From an uncultured Bacillota bacterium (lineage in GTDB: Bacteria > Bacillota > DTU025 > MWDF01), in NCBI GenBank assembly GCA_963823655.1, contig CAWGMK010000004.1, forward strand, positions 1-64,000: a DNA stretch of 64,000 nucleotides. Reading direction: 5' to 3'. Shown here one piece after another: positions 42,096 through 53,282 of this stretch; position 1 is the first letter of the stretch, and each line of letters starts with the position of its first letter. Both the position numbers and the translations under genes were made by a program. The notes beneath the pieces are model-generated. The model searched no databases, was not told where the DNA came from, and worked only from the letters and a program-made list of their open reading frames with translations.

Positions 42096-43902
42096 TTAGA
42101 ACTTGATTGTGAAGTTGGCACCGAAGGTATCCCAGTACATATCACCAACGGTATTGAAGTACGGGCCCCAAGGCTTCTTGTACTCAGCATGGCTGGACGA
42201 TACGCTGGCGAGACCGCTGTTGCCCCAGTATACTGTCGCTTTGGCATTGTCGCTTACCTTTATGTCGCCCTCTAGCTTGGCGTATACGGCGTGTACCGGT
42301 GTCGTTGATGAAGGTATAAGGCCTGTAGCGCGATAGGTGACCGTACCTTTAACAGTGACCATGTCAGACGCCTTGTACGTTGCATAAACGCTGGCTATCG
42401 GCTCGAATGAGAGAGCGGGTGTCGTTGCTACGTTCTTGGTGATGAACAACAGACCGGCGCTCCAGAGTCCGTTGATGGTGGAGTCGAGCTTCAACATGCC
42501 GATGGCTTCCATCGTATGTATCGGAGCGAATTCCTTCCATGTATAGCCGAAACGGCCGGCGACGAGGGTCGTGAGGTCCACGACGTACGGAACTGTCGTG
42601 TATTTGTTCTCATACTTGGCATAGATGCCGGCTGTTGCGGTGTTGGTGCCCTTCTGCTCGTAGGAGCCATAGGCTTCTACGTGGAGCGGGAACACTGCGT
42701 CATAGTATACGCTGCCGTATACCTTGTCATAACCGGTTCCGAAACCGTATGTGGCTACGCCGTCCCAGTTGGAGTTATAGCCGAGCTTGCCGCCCAGTGT
42801 TCCAATAAGGCCGACATACTTTGCCCTGAGCTCAGCGATTTCGCCATGGGCGAAACCGGACTGCCAGTTGATCTTGGAGTCGAGGTTGAGTCCGAGCTCT
42901 ACGGGTCCGATTGTCGCCGATACGTCGAGGTTGGCGTTGTTGCCGCCAAGAGCGTTAAATGACTCGAACCATACGCCGTTCTTGAAGATTAACTTTACGG
43001 GGCCAAGAACTGCGGTGGCGTTGGTTGTTACTTCCTGGAGGTCCCTGGTGTAGAAGGAAGGGGTGTCCTCGTCGAGGAGCGCGTCGGCGACGCCGTCCAT
43101 GCTCATCTTATAGGATACTTCGTCGATCGTTAAGACGGTGCCAAGCTTGATTTCCTTGACGCCTGCATAGGCTGCGAACGCCCATACATCGTCAGCGGCC
43201 CAGAACTGCATGCTGGGGATGAGAGAGTTGTCAAGGTCGGCGAAGTTGCCTACTGCAACCTGGAACTTGCCGCCGATTACGGGGATGGCGCCGGTCAATG
43301 AGGTCGACAGGCCCATGAAATACTGCATCGCTCTCATACAGCCAACCGAAGTCGGAGGTGAGGGTGAGGCCGAGAGGCAGGGCGGCTACGAGCTGAGCGG
43401 AGATCTTATAGTCGTCTCCTTCAGGAGCTGCGCTGGGAACTGGAACGAGGCTGTCGGATGTGTCATCCATTACGACCTGCGCTGCATAGCTGAGGTTCGG
43501 GGTGATGTTGCCCCACACCTTGCTGTACCTGTTGCCTTCGTTGTCACATCATCATAATTGAAGGTGCTGTCCAGGTTGAGGCTGAATGTGCTCTCAAGGC
43601 CGGTCCAGTACACATCATCGTTGTTGTCGCTGATCTCGAAGTTCAAGGGCGCGGTTGCGAACTTTACCCACCAGCCATCGGTTACGGCCAAGCCGCCCGA
43701 AAGGGTGAGGGGTGCATAAGCGGTCATGATCCCGGCCTCGTCGAAGTTGAAATTCAGCGAGAGGCTAAGGGAGTCGGCTACCGGTCTCATTGGCGTACGA
43801 ATAGCCGCCAGAGAAGGTGCCGGAGAGCTTGTAGTTGGCTGCTGCTGCCGGTATGGCGAGCATCATAAGGGCCACTACTGCAAATGCGAATATCTTCTTC
43901 AT
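42096..43902 (-). CDS. Secreted, probable outer-membrane beta-barrel protein (about 600 aa, split by frameshifts)
   Basis: Signal peptide MKKIFAFAVVALMMLAIPAAAA, alternating aromatic/aliphatic strands, C-terminal FGANFTIKF. Confidence 0.6.
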
Positions 43903-44369
43903 TTTGTATCCCCCTACTTATAATTTGTAATCGAGGATTACCGCCGCTAGTCTTGTGCTTCCAGGGGGATCGCCTCAAGAGTTTCCAAGTTGCCTCCCAA
44001 GGGCTCTTCCCTCCATATGCACTTATTTTCACGGCGTTGCCATACAGCGCACATTGTGCGACCCTACAGCCTGGGCCCGACCCGGAAACATGCGGGGGAG
44101 CACCTCCTTTCTCGCTTCCAAACCGGCTGAAATACATATAACCGCTTTAGCTGTGCTTAAGCGGATCTATGCGAGGTTCTGCAAGTCACATTCTACACGA
44201 AATGGCTATATTCCTGCAAGTTATCGAAAATTATTTTAGAATCATTCATTTTTTCGAATATATTCTTAAAAAATCGATATATGCAAATTCATGCCTTCCG
44301 CAGAATTAATATAATTAAAGCACCTAGCTCCCCGCAATGCAATATGAAAAGGAGCCTCCTTGCTTTCCA

Positions 44370-47072
44370 CTATTTGGCTTCTTTCCAGTTAGGGCCCATT
44401 CCGGCATCGGCAACTAGCGGTACTTCGAGGCTCACTGCGCCTTCCATTATCCTTTTTACCGTGTCAGCGGCCGCCTGCGCCTCTCCAATCGGCGATTCAA
44501 GGACCAGCTCGTCGTGTACCTGCAATATCAGCCTCGTTTTCCAGGACCCGGACATGAGCTCTTCCAGCAGCCTTATCATCGCTACTTTTATTACGTCGGC
44601 CGCGCTTCCTTGTATGGGAGCGTTCATAACTATGCGCTCCCCGAACTTCCTGGTATTGAAGTTGGCGTTATAGAGCTCCGGCACTGCGCGCCTCCTGCCC
44701 ATTATTGTAGAGACATACCCGAGCTTCCTCGCCTGCTCTATCGTGCGGGCGAAATAGTCCTTCACGCTTACATACCGTTTGAAATATTTATCGATGAACT
44801 CCTTTGCCTCAGCCTGCCCTATGCCGAGCGTGCGGGATAGCCCGAACTCCGACTGCCCGTAGATGATGCCGAAGTTGACAGTTTTCGCCGCGGTGCGCAT
44901 CCTCCTGTCAACCTGGTCCAAAGGCACCCCGAAGACTTCAGACGCCGTCCTCGTGTGCACGTCCTGTCCCAGCCTGAAGGATTCTACCAGCAGCGGATCG
45001 CCGCTTAAGTGGGCTAGTATCCTCAGCTCTATTTGCGAATAGTCCGCGCTTACTATGAGATTTCCCTCCGACGCCTTGAAGGCGGCCCTAATCTCGAGCC
45101 CCTCCTCGCTTTTAATCGGAATGTTCTGCATGTTGGGATCGGAGGACGAGAGCCTGCCGGTTACCGCTCCGGTCTGGTTGAACAGCGTATGTATCCTGCC
45201 TCCCTGCTTTGCCGCAAGGTCGGGCAGTACATCCACATAAGTGGACTTCAGCTTCGAAGTCCCTCTGTACTCAAGTATCAGGCCGATTATCGGATTGAAG
45301 GGCATAAGCCCCTCAAGCACGTCCGCGTCTGTGGAATAGCCCGTCTTCGTCTTCCTTGAGGAAGGCAAGCCCAGCTTATCAAAAAGCACCGTGCCCAGCT
45401 GTTTGGGTGATCCAATATTGAAATCGCCCCCGGCAAGGGCGTATATATCGGTCTCCAGCCGCTTCAGCCGGCCACCCATATCCTCCGAGATCTCGCGCAG
45501 CCTTTCGATATCTACATTTACGCCTGCGATCTCCATTGCGGACAGCACTTCTACAAGCGGCATCTCCACTTCATTGAAGAGCTTGGCTGTGCCCAGCGTT
45601 TCCAGCTCCTCCCCCATTACGCTCTCAAGCTTGTCCATCATCGCAGCTACGGCAAGCTTTGGCCCATGCGCTGGGCCGCCCTCCAGCACTGAGGGGGTTA
45701 TGCCGAAATACTTGAATAGAAGGTCTGTCGGGGCGTCGGTCCTGCCCAGCGGGTTAATCAGGAAGCTTGCCAGCATCGGGTCGAAGTGCATGCCCTTGAG
45801 CTCAGAGCCGTACCTGCTTAATATGGTCCTGGACGATTTGATGTCCCAGCCCGACTTTAGTACCTTGGCGTCCGTAATGGCCCCGGACAGCTTCTCGAGC
45901 ACATCTGTTAGCGCAAGCCCCGCGCCTCCTATAAGTGAGCCCTCCACATCTATGGCAATATCGTATGCTCTGCCTTCAAGGCCCAGAATCAGCCTTCTAG
46001 GAACGGAGCCCCAGCCCTTCCCCTCATAGACGAAGTCGAGAGACATGCGCCCCTTTCCCTTGGCTTCCTCCACGAACTGGCCCAAGCTGCCCAGGTCCGC
46101 GACCTCCACCACCTCATAAGAGGAGGGCTGGGACGCCAATGGCTTCATGAAAGCCTGGGCGGGCATGGAGCCGAAAAGCTCCGTCTGGGGCTTCTGCTTC
46201 TTGGGCGGCTTCTTCTCCATCTTGGAAAGGAGGTTTTTGAATCCTTTGCTCGCAAGGAAGTCCTTAAGGGCGCTTTCATCCACGACCGGCGATGCCGCCT
46301 CCGGGTCGAAGGAAATCGGCGCATCTACGTCTATGATGGCCAGCTTCTTGCTCAGAAGGGCCATCTGCGTGCCTTCCTTTAGAAGGGTTGTCGTCCTGTC
46401 CTGCTTCATCCCCTCAAGGTTCTTTAGTATGTCTTCGAGGCTGCCATACTCATTTATAAGCCTGACTGCGGTCTTCTCCCCTATGCCCTTGACTCCGGGT
46501 ATGTTGTCCGAAGTATCCCCGACAAGCCCTTTCAGGTCCGGCACTAATTCGGGGGCCACTCCGCAGGCTGCCAGCACTTCATCAGGCCCCATGAGATCGA
46601 ATTCGGACAGCCCCTTCTTGTTCATCATAAGCTTGATCCTGTCCGAGGCCAGCTGGTAGGAATCCCTGTCGCTGGTGACAATGGTTACATCGAACCCCTT
46701 GCCCTCCAGCCTTCTTGCCATTGTTCCCAGAAGGTCGTCCGCCTCGTACCCGACAAGCTCGACCACCTCCACCCCGAAAGCTTCGCACGCCTGCTTGATT
46801 ACGGGTATCTGGTCCCTGAGGTCCTGGTCCATGGGCTTTCTTGTGGCTTTGTAGTCTGCAAAGTCGGCATGCCTGAACACCGGCCCCGGGGAATCAAAGG
46901 CGCACACGACGCGCTCAGATTCTTCCTGCTCCATTATTTTGACGAGCATGTTGCAGAAACCCAGCACGGCGTTAGTCGGCTTTCCTGAAGGGTCGGTGAG
47001 AGTCGGGGGAAGCGCATGGTAGGCCCTATGGGCAAGGCTGTGGCCGTCTAAAAGAATAGTCCTGCCGGACAT
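44370..47072 (-). CDS. polA: DNA polymerase I
   Basis: LLDGHSLAHRAY 5'-3' exonuclease, TGRLSS.DPNMQNIP, ADYSQIELR, KTVNFGIIYG, LQVHDEL. Confidence 0.98.
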   Translation of the reverse strand: MSGRTILLDGHSLAHRAYHALPPTLTDPSGKPTNAVLGFCNMLVKIMEQEESERVVCAFDSPGPVFRHADFADYKATRKPMDQDLRDQIPVIKQACEAFGVEVVELVGYEADDLLGTMARRLEGKGFDVTIVTSDRDSYQLASDRIKLMMNKKGLSEFDLMGPDEVLAACGVAPELVPDLKGLVGDTSDNIPGVKGIGEKTAVRLINEYGSLEDILKNLEGMKQDRTTTLLKEGTQMALLSKKLAIIDVDAPISFDPEAASPVVDESALKDFLASKGFKNLLSKMEKKPPKKQKPQTELFGSMPAQAFMKPLASQPSSYEVVEVADLGSLGQFVEEAKGKGRMSLDFVYEGKGWGSVPRRLILGLEGRAYDIAIDVEGSLIGGAGLALTDVLEKLSGAITDAKVLKSGWDIKSSRTILSRYGSELKGMHFDPMLASFLINPLGRTDAPTDLLFKYFGITPSVLEGGPAHGPKLAVAAMMDKLESVMGEELETLGTAKLFNEVEMPLVEVLSAMEIAGVNVDIERLREISEDMGGRLKRLETDIYALAGGDFNIGSPKQLGTVLFDKLGLPSSRKTKTGYSTDADVLEGLMPFNPIIGLILEYRGTSKLKSTYVDVLPDLAAKQGGRIHTLFNQTGAVTGRLSSSDPNMQNIPIKSEEGLEIRAAFKASEGNLIVSADYSQIELRILAHLSGDPLLVESFRLGQDVHTRTASEVFGVPLDQVDRRMRTAAKTVNFGIIYGQSEFGLSRTLGIGQAEAKEFIDKYFKRYVSVKDYFARTIEQARKLGYVSTIMGRRRAVPELYNANFNTRKFGERIVMNAPIQGSAADVIKVAMIRLLEELMSGSWKTRLILQVHDELVLESPIGEAQAAADTVKRIMEGAVSLEVPLVADAGMGPNWKEAK

Positions 47073-47226
47073 AAAATCACCACCCGAAGGTATTTTTTCG
47101 AAAGTATCCTCCAACGGGAACAGGAATATGTGTTTTTGGAGTCATATATAATAGTAGTAACAATTTTTTGTACTAATTAAGGATAACATAAAGCAAATTC
47201 GATGAAGAAAGACAGGAGATACCAAT

Positions 47227-48618
47227 ATGAAGAAGTATACAAGCCTAATTGCAATGGTAACGCTCGTTGCATTGCTGGCGATCGGCGGATCTGCGGCAGC
47301 TGCAGTAAAGGAGCAGCTGAACCTGACGGTATATAATTCGAACCTCGCGCTTGTGAACATGGTAAGGCAGATGGAGATTCCTTTGGGAAACGGGGAGATC
47401 CTCTTCCCTCACATTCCGTCGAGCATAATTGCCAATACCGTTACATTCGAATCGCTCTCCTTCCCCTCCAAGGTTTGGGTAAGGGAGCAGAATTACGAGT
47501 TCGACCTGGTGAGCGAGTACAAGCTGCTTCAAAAGTTCGTTGACCAGAAGATCACGGTGGTAACAAAAGCCTCCATAGTCTACACCGGATACCTTATGAG
47601 CAGCGGCAACAACCCGGTCATCCTTTCCGAGCTTGAGGGCGGCAAGGGCGAGATATACTCAGTACAGCTTGGCGATATACAGTCCATAAGATACCCCAGC
47701 TTGCCTGAGGGCCTCATCACGCGCCCGACCCTTCGCTGGCTGACTACCAATAACACGCTGTTCAAAAACCAGCAGGTCAGGGTCAGCTTCCTTACAGAGG
47801 GGCTTTCCTGGAGCGCTGATTACGTAGCCTTATTGTCCGATGACGATAAGACCATGAACCTTACAGGTTGGGTAACCCTTACCAACTCCAGCGGCACGAC
47901 CTATGAGAACGCAAACCTGAAGCTCGTGGCGGGAGATGTTAACAGGGTAGATACGAGGGCCGATTACGAAATGATGGCCAAGGTGTCGGCGATGCCTTCA
48001 CCAACACAGGCGTCCTTCGAAGAGCGCGGCCTTTTCGAATACCACCTGTACGACCTGCAGTTCCCCACGACGGTGAAGAACAACCAGACCAAGCAGATAG
48101 GCTTCATGGGGGCTACTTCCGTGCCGGTAACCAAGTACTACACTTACTTCGGAAGGTACGGCTCCACGGATGTGTCTACAATAATTAGCTTCAAGAACGA
48201 CGCCAAGTCCGGATTGGGCATCCCCTTACCTGCAGGCATCATTAGGGTGAATAAGCTCGATGTCGACGGCACGCAGCAGTTCATCGGCGAAGACAGCATA
48301 GAGCACACGCCCAAGGACGAGGAAGTCTCTTTGTTCCTGGGCAACGCCTTCGACATCAAAGGCAGCTGGAAACAGGATTCTTTCAAGGATGTCTCCAAGT
48401 ACATCAGGGAAGAAACATACTCCATAGAGATCAGGAACCACAAGGACGAGCCTGTAACCGTCAAGGTGCAGGAGGAGCTCTCCTACTGGTCGCAGTGGAG
48501 CATAATCTCCAACTCGCAGCCCTATACACAGCTGGATTCGACCACGATACAGTTTGAGCCCAAAGTACCTGCTAACGGAACCGTTGTCATAACATACACG
48601 GTGCGTTATACCAAGTAG
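47227..48618 (+). CDS. Secreted DUF4139-type protein
   Basis: Signal peptide, LTVYNSNLALV, EQNYEFDL, LSWSADY, GEDSIEHTPKDE. Confidence 0.72.
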   Translation: MKKYTSLIAMVTLVALLAIGGSAAAAVKEQLNLTVYNSNLALVNMVRQMEIPLGNGEILFPHIPSSIIANTVTFESLSFPSKVWVREQNYEFDLVSEYKLLQKFVDQKITVVTKASIVYTGYLMSSGNNPVILSELEGGKGEIYSVQLGDIQSIRYPSLPEGLITRPTLRWLTTNNTLFKNQQVRVSFLTEGLSWSADYVALLSDDDKTMNLTGWVTLTNSSGTTYENANLKLVAGDVNRVDTRADYEMMAKVSAMPSPTQASFEERGLFEYHLYDLQFPTTVKNNQTKQIGFMGATSVPVTKYYTYFGRYGSTDVSTIISFKNDAKSGLGIPLPAGIIRVNKLDVDGTQQFIGEDSIEHTPKDEEVSLFLGNAFDIKGSWKQDSFKDVSKYIREETYSIEIRNHKDEPVTVKVQEELSYWSQWSIISNSQPYTQLDSTTIQFEPKVPANGTVVITYTVRYTK

Positions 48619-48688
48619 ATATATTCTTGCTAGAACAAGTAGATATGCTCATTTCAAGTCTTTAAAGTAGCGAAGATTCAGTTTATTA

Positions 48689-48726
48689 TAGAACCGGACA
48701 CATTTTAAGCAATGTGTCCGGTTCTA
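48689..48726 (+). terminator. Perfect 16-bp inverted repeat, probable terminator
   Basis: TAGAACCGGACACATT-N6-AATGTGTCCGGTTCTA. Confidence 0.6.
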
Positions 48727-48874
48727 GATTTTCCCAGCATAATATGCATATTCCATGCCAATCGCAGGTAAACATATTCATAATATCGAATATGGCGGGC
48801 CAAAGGGGCCGCAGTTCAATAATCAACCCAAAGCGAACCTGCTGCTTTGTCTTCACTATAGGAGGGGTTTTCAG

Positions 48875-51502
48875 ATGATGGCCATACCTAAGGACCTGAT
48901 GGAAAGAAAAATGAACCTTACCCCGGATGCATTGACCATACTTGAAAGCAGGTACCTCCTTAGGGACAAGGAAGGCAAGATAATCGAAACACCTGAGCAA
49001 ATGTGCGCCAGGGTCGCATCAGAGGCGGCCAAGGCCGGCGCTGAATATGAGAGTTCAAGGGGAAGCTACCAGGAGAGGTTCGACCTCTTCTACTGGATGT
49101 TAATCGAGGGGCTATTCTCCCCCAACTCGCCCACCTGGATGAACGCAGGCACGGCAAATCCTCAGAACGCGGCATGTTTCGTCCTGCCGGTGGAAGATTC
49201 CCTGGACAAGATATTCGATGCCGTCAAGAACGCGGCTCTCATTCACCAAAGCGGAGGCGGCACCGGCTTCGACTTCTCATCCCTCAGGCCGTCCGGCGAC
49301 GTCGTACGCTCCACTGGAGGCGTGGCGTCTGGCCCGGTCTCTTTCATGGCGGTCTTCAACTCCGCCACTGAGACGATCAAGCAGGGCGGGAAGCGCCGCG
49401 GGGCCAATATCGGCATACTCAGGGTAGACCACCCTGACATAGAGCGCTTCATCACATGCAAAGAGGATAACAACACCCTCACGAACTTCAATATCTCAGT
49501 GGCGCTGACCGACGCCTTCATGAAGGCTGTGGAAAGCGGCACCGAGTACGAGATATTCAACCCAAGAGGCGGCAACCCCGTAGCCCGCAAGGACGCCCGC
49601 TCCATTTTCCGCATGCTCGTAGAGCACGCCTGGAAGAACGGAGAGCCCGGCATCGTGTTCCTGGACAGGATCAACCGCGACAACCCTACACCGAACCTCG
49701 GGAAGATCTCCGCCACCAATCCGTGCGGCGAGCAGCCCCTCCTGCCCTATGAGGCCTGCAACCTGGGAAGCGTCAACCTCCAGAAGATGCTCTCAAGCAA
49801 ACCTTCCCTCCTTGATGCGCTCAACAAGGAGTATCTGCCCTCGGAGCTCGTGGCCGAATGCAAAAAGGAACTGGCAACAGAGCTTCCCAAAGTGGATTGG
49901 CCCCTTCTTTCCGATGTGGTCAAAGCCTCCGTCGATTTCCTCGATTCAATAATCGACGTAAGCGAATATCCTATTAAAGAGATCGATGAGAGGGTGCGCA
50001 CTACAAGGAAAGTCGGGCTCGGGATGATGGGCTTCGCTGATCTACTGATCATGCTGGGCCTCCCATACGGTTCCAGAAAGAGCGAGCTGCTCGCCGAGCT
50101 CATATCGCGCTTCATCACGGGTGAGGCAAGGCAGGAGTCGGCGAAGCTAGGAGCCGAGCGCGGTCCCTTCCCCGCCTTCGTGGGCAGCGTCTTCGACAAG
50201 CCGGGCAGCCCCAAGATGAGAAATGCGACCGTTACGACCATCGCCCCTACCGGCACTATAAGCATGATCGCAAACGCCTCCTCCGGATGCGAACCCCTTT
50301 TCGGCGTCGCATTTACGAAGCAGAACGTTTTGGGCGGAATGCAACTTACCCAGACCAACCCCATATTCTTTGAGGACCTTAAAAGGCGCGGGCTGCAAAG
50401 CGACGAGCTGACGGCGAAAGTCGCAGCCAACGGTGGCTCCGTCCGGGGCATCAAGGAAATTCCGGCCGACATGCAGGAGCTTTACATGACCGCGATGGAG
50501 ATCCCATGGGAATGGCATGTACGACTTCAGGCGGCGGTTCAAAAGGGCACTGAAAACGCCGTATCGAAGACCATAAACCTGATGAACGACGCAACTATGG
50601 ATGATGTCGGGGAAGCTTACATGCTCGCCTTCAGGCTTGGCTGCAAGGGCATGACAGTATACAGAAGCGGAAGCCGGGAGATAGAGGTTATCTCTTCGAA
50701 GACGGCAAAGCCCGCAGCAAAGGCCGCCTGTGAGGATGAGGATGAGGCTGACAGGAAGCCCTACACCGTCTCCACAGCGCTCTGGGGCATGGTAAAACCC
50801 ATAGAAAGGCCCGAGGAGCTGGCGGGAGTGACCAGGCGCGTAGCGACGCCGTCCGGCACCTTGTGGGCTACCTTGAACATGTACGAGGACAGGCCCTTTG
50901 AGATCTTCTGCCAGATAAGCAGGGCGGGAACCGACATATACGCCTTCACCGAATCAATTGCGCGCCTGATATCGCTATGCCTTAGGGCCGGAGTCGACCC
51001 TTCTGAGATAGTTAAACAGCTAAGAGGCATCGGAGGAAGCGGCCATACGGGGTTCGGCCCCAACAAGGTCTTGTCCGTTCCGGACGCCATAGGACGTATG
51101 CTCGAGCAGGTAATCGGAAAGCGTTTCGTATATCCTCAGGGGATGGAGACCAACACCCCCCTCGCCCTAATGGAAGCGGGCCTTTTGTCCCCTGAGCAGG
51201 AACATAAGGCCGAGGAGCCGCATGACTACCCGTCAGGGACCCCTCCTACCGGCGCCCACTCCGACAACGGCGCCTCACACGAGCCTCTCGCCCAGGCTTC
51301 ATTCGACTTCCCGAACGCAAACGGCGAGGGCCTGGACAGCGATGAGCCCGACTGCAGCGAAGAGGACGATTGTCCGGAAGGCTGCGAGTGCAGCGCAAAA
51401 CCCGCTCCCAGGATGGACCTTTGCCCCCACTGCGGCAACAACTCGCTTGTCTACGAGTCAGGGTGCGAAACCTGTATAGTCTGCGGTTACAGCCGCTGCT
51501 GA
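48875..51502 (+). CDS. nrdJ: Class II (adenosylcobalamin-dependent) ribonucleotide reductase with C-terminal TSCPD/zinc-ribbon region
   Basis: FSPNSPT, ACFV, GGGTG, NPCGEQ…CNLGS, TIAPTGTIS, VSKTIN, C-terminal GCETCIVCGYSRC. Confidence 0.93.
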   Translation: MMAIPKDLMERKMNLTPDALTILESRYLLRDKEGKIIETPEQMCARVASEAAKAGAEYESSRGSYQERFDLFYWMLIEGLFSPNSPTWMNAGTANPQNAACFVLPVEDSLDKIFDAVKNAALIHQSGGGTGFDFSSLRPSGDVVRSTGGVASGPVSFMAVFNSATETIKQGGKRRGANIGILRVDHPDIERFITCKEDNNTLTNFNISVALTDAFMKAVESGTEYEIFNPRGGNPVARKDARSIFRMLVEHAWKNGEPGIVFLDRINRDNPTPNLGKISATNPCGEQPLLPYEACNLGSVNLQKMLSSKPSLLDALNKEYLPSELVAECKKELATELPKVDWPLLSDVVKASVDFLDSIIDVSEYPIKEIDERVRTTRKVGLGMMGFADLLIMLGLPYGSRKSELLAELISRFITGEARQESAKLGAERGPFPAFVGSVFDKPGSPKMRNATVTTIAPTGTISMIANASSGCEPLFGVAFTKQNVLGGMQLTQTNPIFFEDLKRRGLQSDELTAKVAANGGSVRGIKEIPADMQELYMTAMEIPWEWHVRLQAAVQKGTENAVSKTINLMNDATMDDVGEAYMLAFRLGCKGMTVYRSGSREIEVISSKTAKPAAKAACEDEDEADRKPYTVSTALWGMVKPIERPEELAGVTRRVATPSGTLWATLNMYEDRPFEIFCQISRAGTDIYAFTESIARLISLCLRAGVDPSEIVKQLRGIGGSGHTGFGPNKVLSVPDAIGRMLEQVIGKRFVYPQGMETNTPLALMEAGLLSPEQEHKAEEPHDYPSGTPPTGAHSDNGASHEPLAQASFDFPNANGEGLDSDEPDCSEEDDCPEGCECSAKPAPRMDLCPHCGNNSLVYESGCETCIVCGYSRC

Positions 51503-51533
51503 TAATCCGAAGAACCGATAAATGTAAACAGAA

Positions 51534-51568
51534 AACGGGTGCATCTGCTTTGAGGGATGCACCCGTTC
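51534..51568. terminator. Bidirectional terminator
   Basis: AACGGGTGCATC…GATGCACCCGTT between convergent genes. Confidence 0.7.
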
Positions 51569-51600
51569 GTTCTTCTTAGATGCCCGGATTTGTAGCTAAG

Positions 51601-53193
51601 CTAATATGCTATGGCAAGCCCGTCTTTCCTGGACTCCGTTCCTGCAATGTATACCCCATTCACATGATCCCTCATGATCATCTGCCCGCCGCCGAACATC
51701 GCATTGGAGTTTTCGGCTACCGCATCGTAGCCCATGGCCGCCATCTTATCGAGGACGTTCGAAAGGCCCTTCTCCAGGTGCAGCTTTTTCCCCTCCGATA
51801 CTCGGAACCTGGGCATGTCTATTCCTGCCTGAGGGTTCATACCCAGATCAACGATTGCCGATATCAGCTGGGCATGCCCCTGGGGCTGCATGTCCCCTCC
51901 CATTACCCCGAACGGGCCCACGGGGGATCCGTCCTTCATAAGAAAGCCCGGTATTATCGTGTGGAACGGCCTCTTGCCGGGTGCAAGCTCATTGGGGTGC
52001 CCTTCCTCGAGGCTGAAGCACGCTCCCCTGTTCTGCAGGCTTATTCCGTGCTCGGGCACGACTATCCCGCTGCCAAAGCCCATATAGTTGGACTGTATGA
52101 GGGACACCATCATGCCGTCGTTATCTGCGGCGCACAGGTAGACCGTACCCCCTTTATAAGGAAGGCCTGTCTCGGCAAGCTCCATAGCCCTTCCCGGGTT
52201 TATAAGGCGCGCGCTCTCCTTCGCATATTCCTTGTCCAACATCCGGGCGACCGGCACATCGCAAACCGACATGTCGCATACTCTGCTGTGCGCGTCGGCA
52301 AACGATAACCTTAAGGCCTCGGCGATCAGATTTACCCTTCTGGGATCATCTGCAGGAAGGCTTCCCATGTCATATCTTTCCATGAGGTTTAGCGCCATCA
52401 AGGCAACTATCCCCTGCCCGTTGGGCGGAATCTCATATACGTCATAGCCCCTGTAATTCACCGATATCGGATCCACCCACTCGTTGGAATGCCCCGCGAA
52501 ATCCTCCTTGCAGAAGTATCCGCCGCCCTTGTTTGAAGCTTCGACTATCGCATCGGCAAGATGCCCCCTGTAGAAGCATTCTCCCCCGCTTTCGCCGATC
52601 TGCCTGAGGCTTCTTGCGATGGCAGGGCTCTTGAAAAGCTCACCTGCCCTGGGGGCCCTTCCATCCCTCATGAATGTGCTTCTGAAGCCATCGTAGGAGC
52701 CAAGCCTTGAGGGCGCGAAGCCCCAGAAATAAGCAGTGACTGGAGAGACCGGGTAGCCCTCCTCCGCCATTTTCGCCGCAGGCTCCAGCACATCAGCCAG
52801 CCGCATCCTGCCGAACTTCGCATTGATGTCGGCCCAGCCCTTGACGACGCCGGGCACTGTTATCGGCTCCCAGCCGAGCAGCGGCACGCTCTTATGGCCC
52901 TTTGCCCTTAACATGCCGGCATTTAGCGCTTTGGGGGCCCTTCCTGATGCGTTAAGGCCGTGCAGCTTCTTTCCGTCCCAGATAATGGCGAAGAGGTCCG
53001 AACCCAGGCCGTTTGAGGTGGGTTCTGTGACCACGAGGGCGGCAGCCATGGCCAGGATCGCGTCCGCCGCGTTTCCCCCAGACCTCAATATGTCATATCC
53101 GGCAAGCGCGGCAGGCGCCGTGCTTGTCGCCACAGCTCCGTGTTTTCCCATAACCGCGCTCCTTCTGGACGGGAATTCCTGCGTGAAATCCAT
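51601..53193 (-). CDS. ggt: Gamma-glutamyltransferase family protein
   Basis: GGNAADA, GGT autoproteolysis site (GTVYL), SLIQSN, PGKRPFHT, GVMGG..QPQG. Confidence 0.9.
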   Translation of the reverse strand: MDFTQEFPSRRSAVMGKHGAVATSTAPAALAGYDILRSGGNAADAILAMAAALVVTEPTSNGLGSDLFAIIWDGKKLHGLNASGRAPKALNAGMLRAKGHKSVPLLGWEPITVPGVVKGWADINAKFGRMRLADVLEPAAKMAEEGYPVSPVTAYFWGFAPSRLGSYDGFRSTFMRDGRAPRAGELFKSPAIARSLRQIGESGGECFYRGHLADAIVEASNKGGGYFCKEDFAGHSNEWVDPISVNYRGYDVYEIPPNGQGIVALMALNLMERYDMGSLPADDPRRVNLIAEALRLSFADAHSRVCDMSVCDVPVARMLDKEYAKESARLINPGRAMELAETGLPYKGGTVYLCAADNDGMMVSLIQSNYMGFGSGIVVPEHGISLQNRGACFSLEEGHPNELAPGKRPFHTIIPGFLMKDGSPVGPFGVMGGDMQPQGHAQLISAIVDLGMNPQAGIDMPRFRVSEGKKLHLEKGLSNVLDKMAAMGYDAVAENSNAMFGGGQMIMRDHVNGVYIAGTESRKDGLAIAY

Positions 53194-53282
53194 CTGGCAC
53201 CTCCATTAAAACCTTTAACCAGATTGTATCAGACGGGCGCGGGCTAGGCATATGTTAGAATGGATTCACCAAAAGGAGGCAT

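Noticed and set aside
47124-47135. LexA (GAAC-N4-GTTC)-like box upstream of polA
   Set aside because: GAATATGTGTTT has two mismatches in the core, which is too weak.
48620-48875. Cobalamin riboswitch or NrdR boxes upstream of nrdJ; intein or intron in nrdJ
   Set aside because: No B12-box or convincing NrdR-box match is visible, and the catalytic motifs are contiguous with no insertion element.
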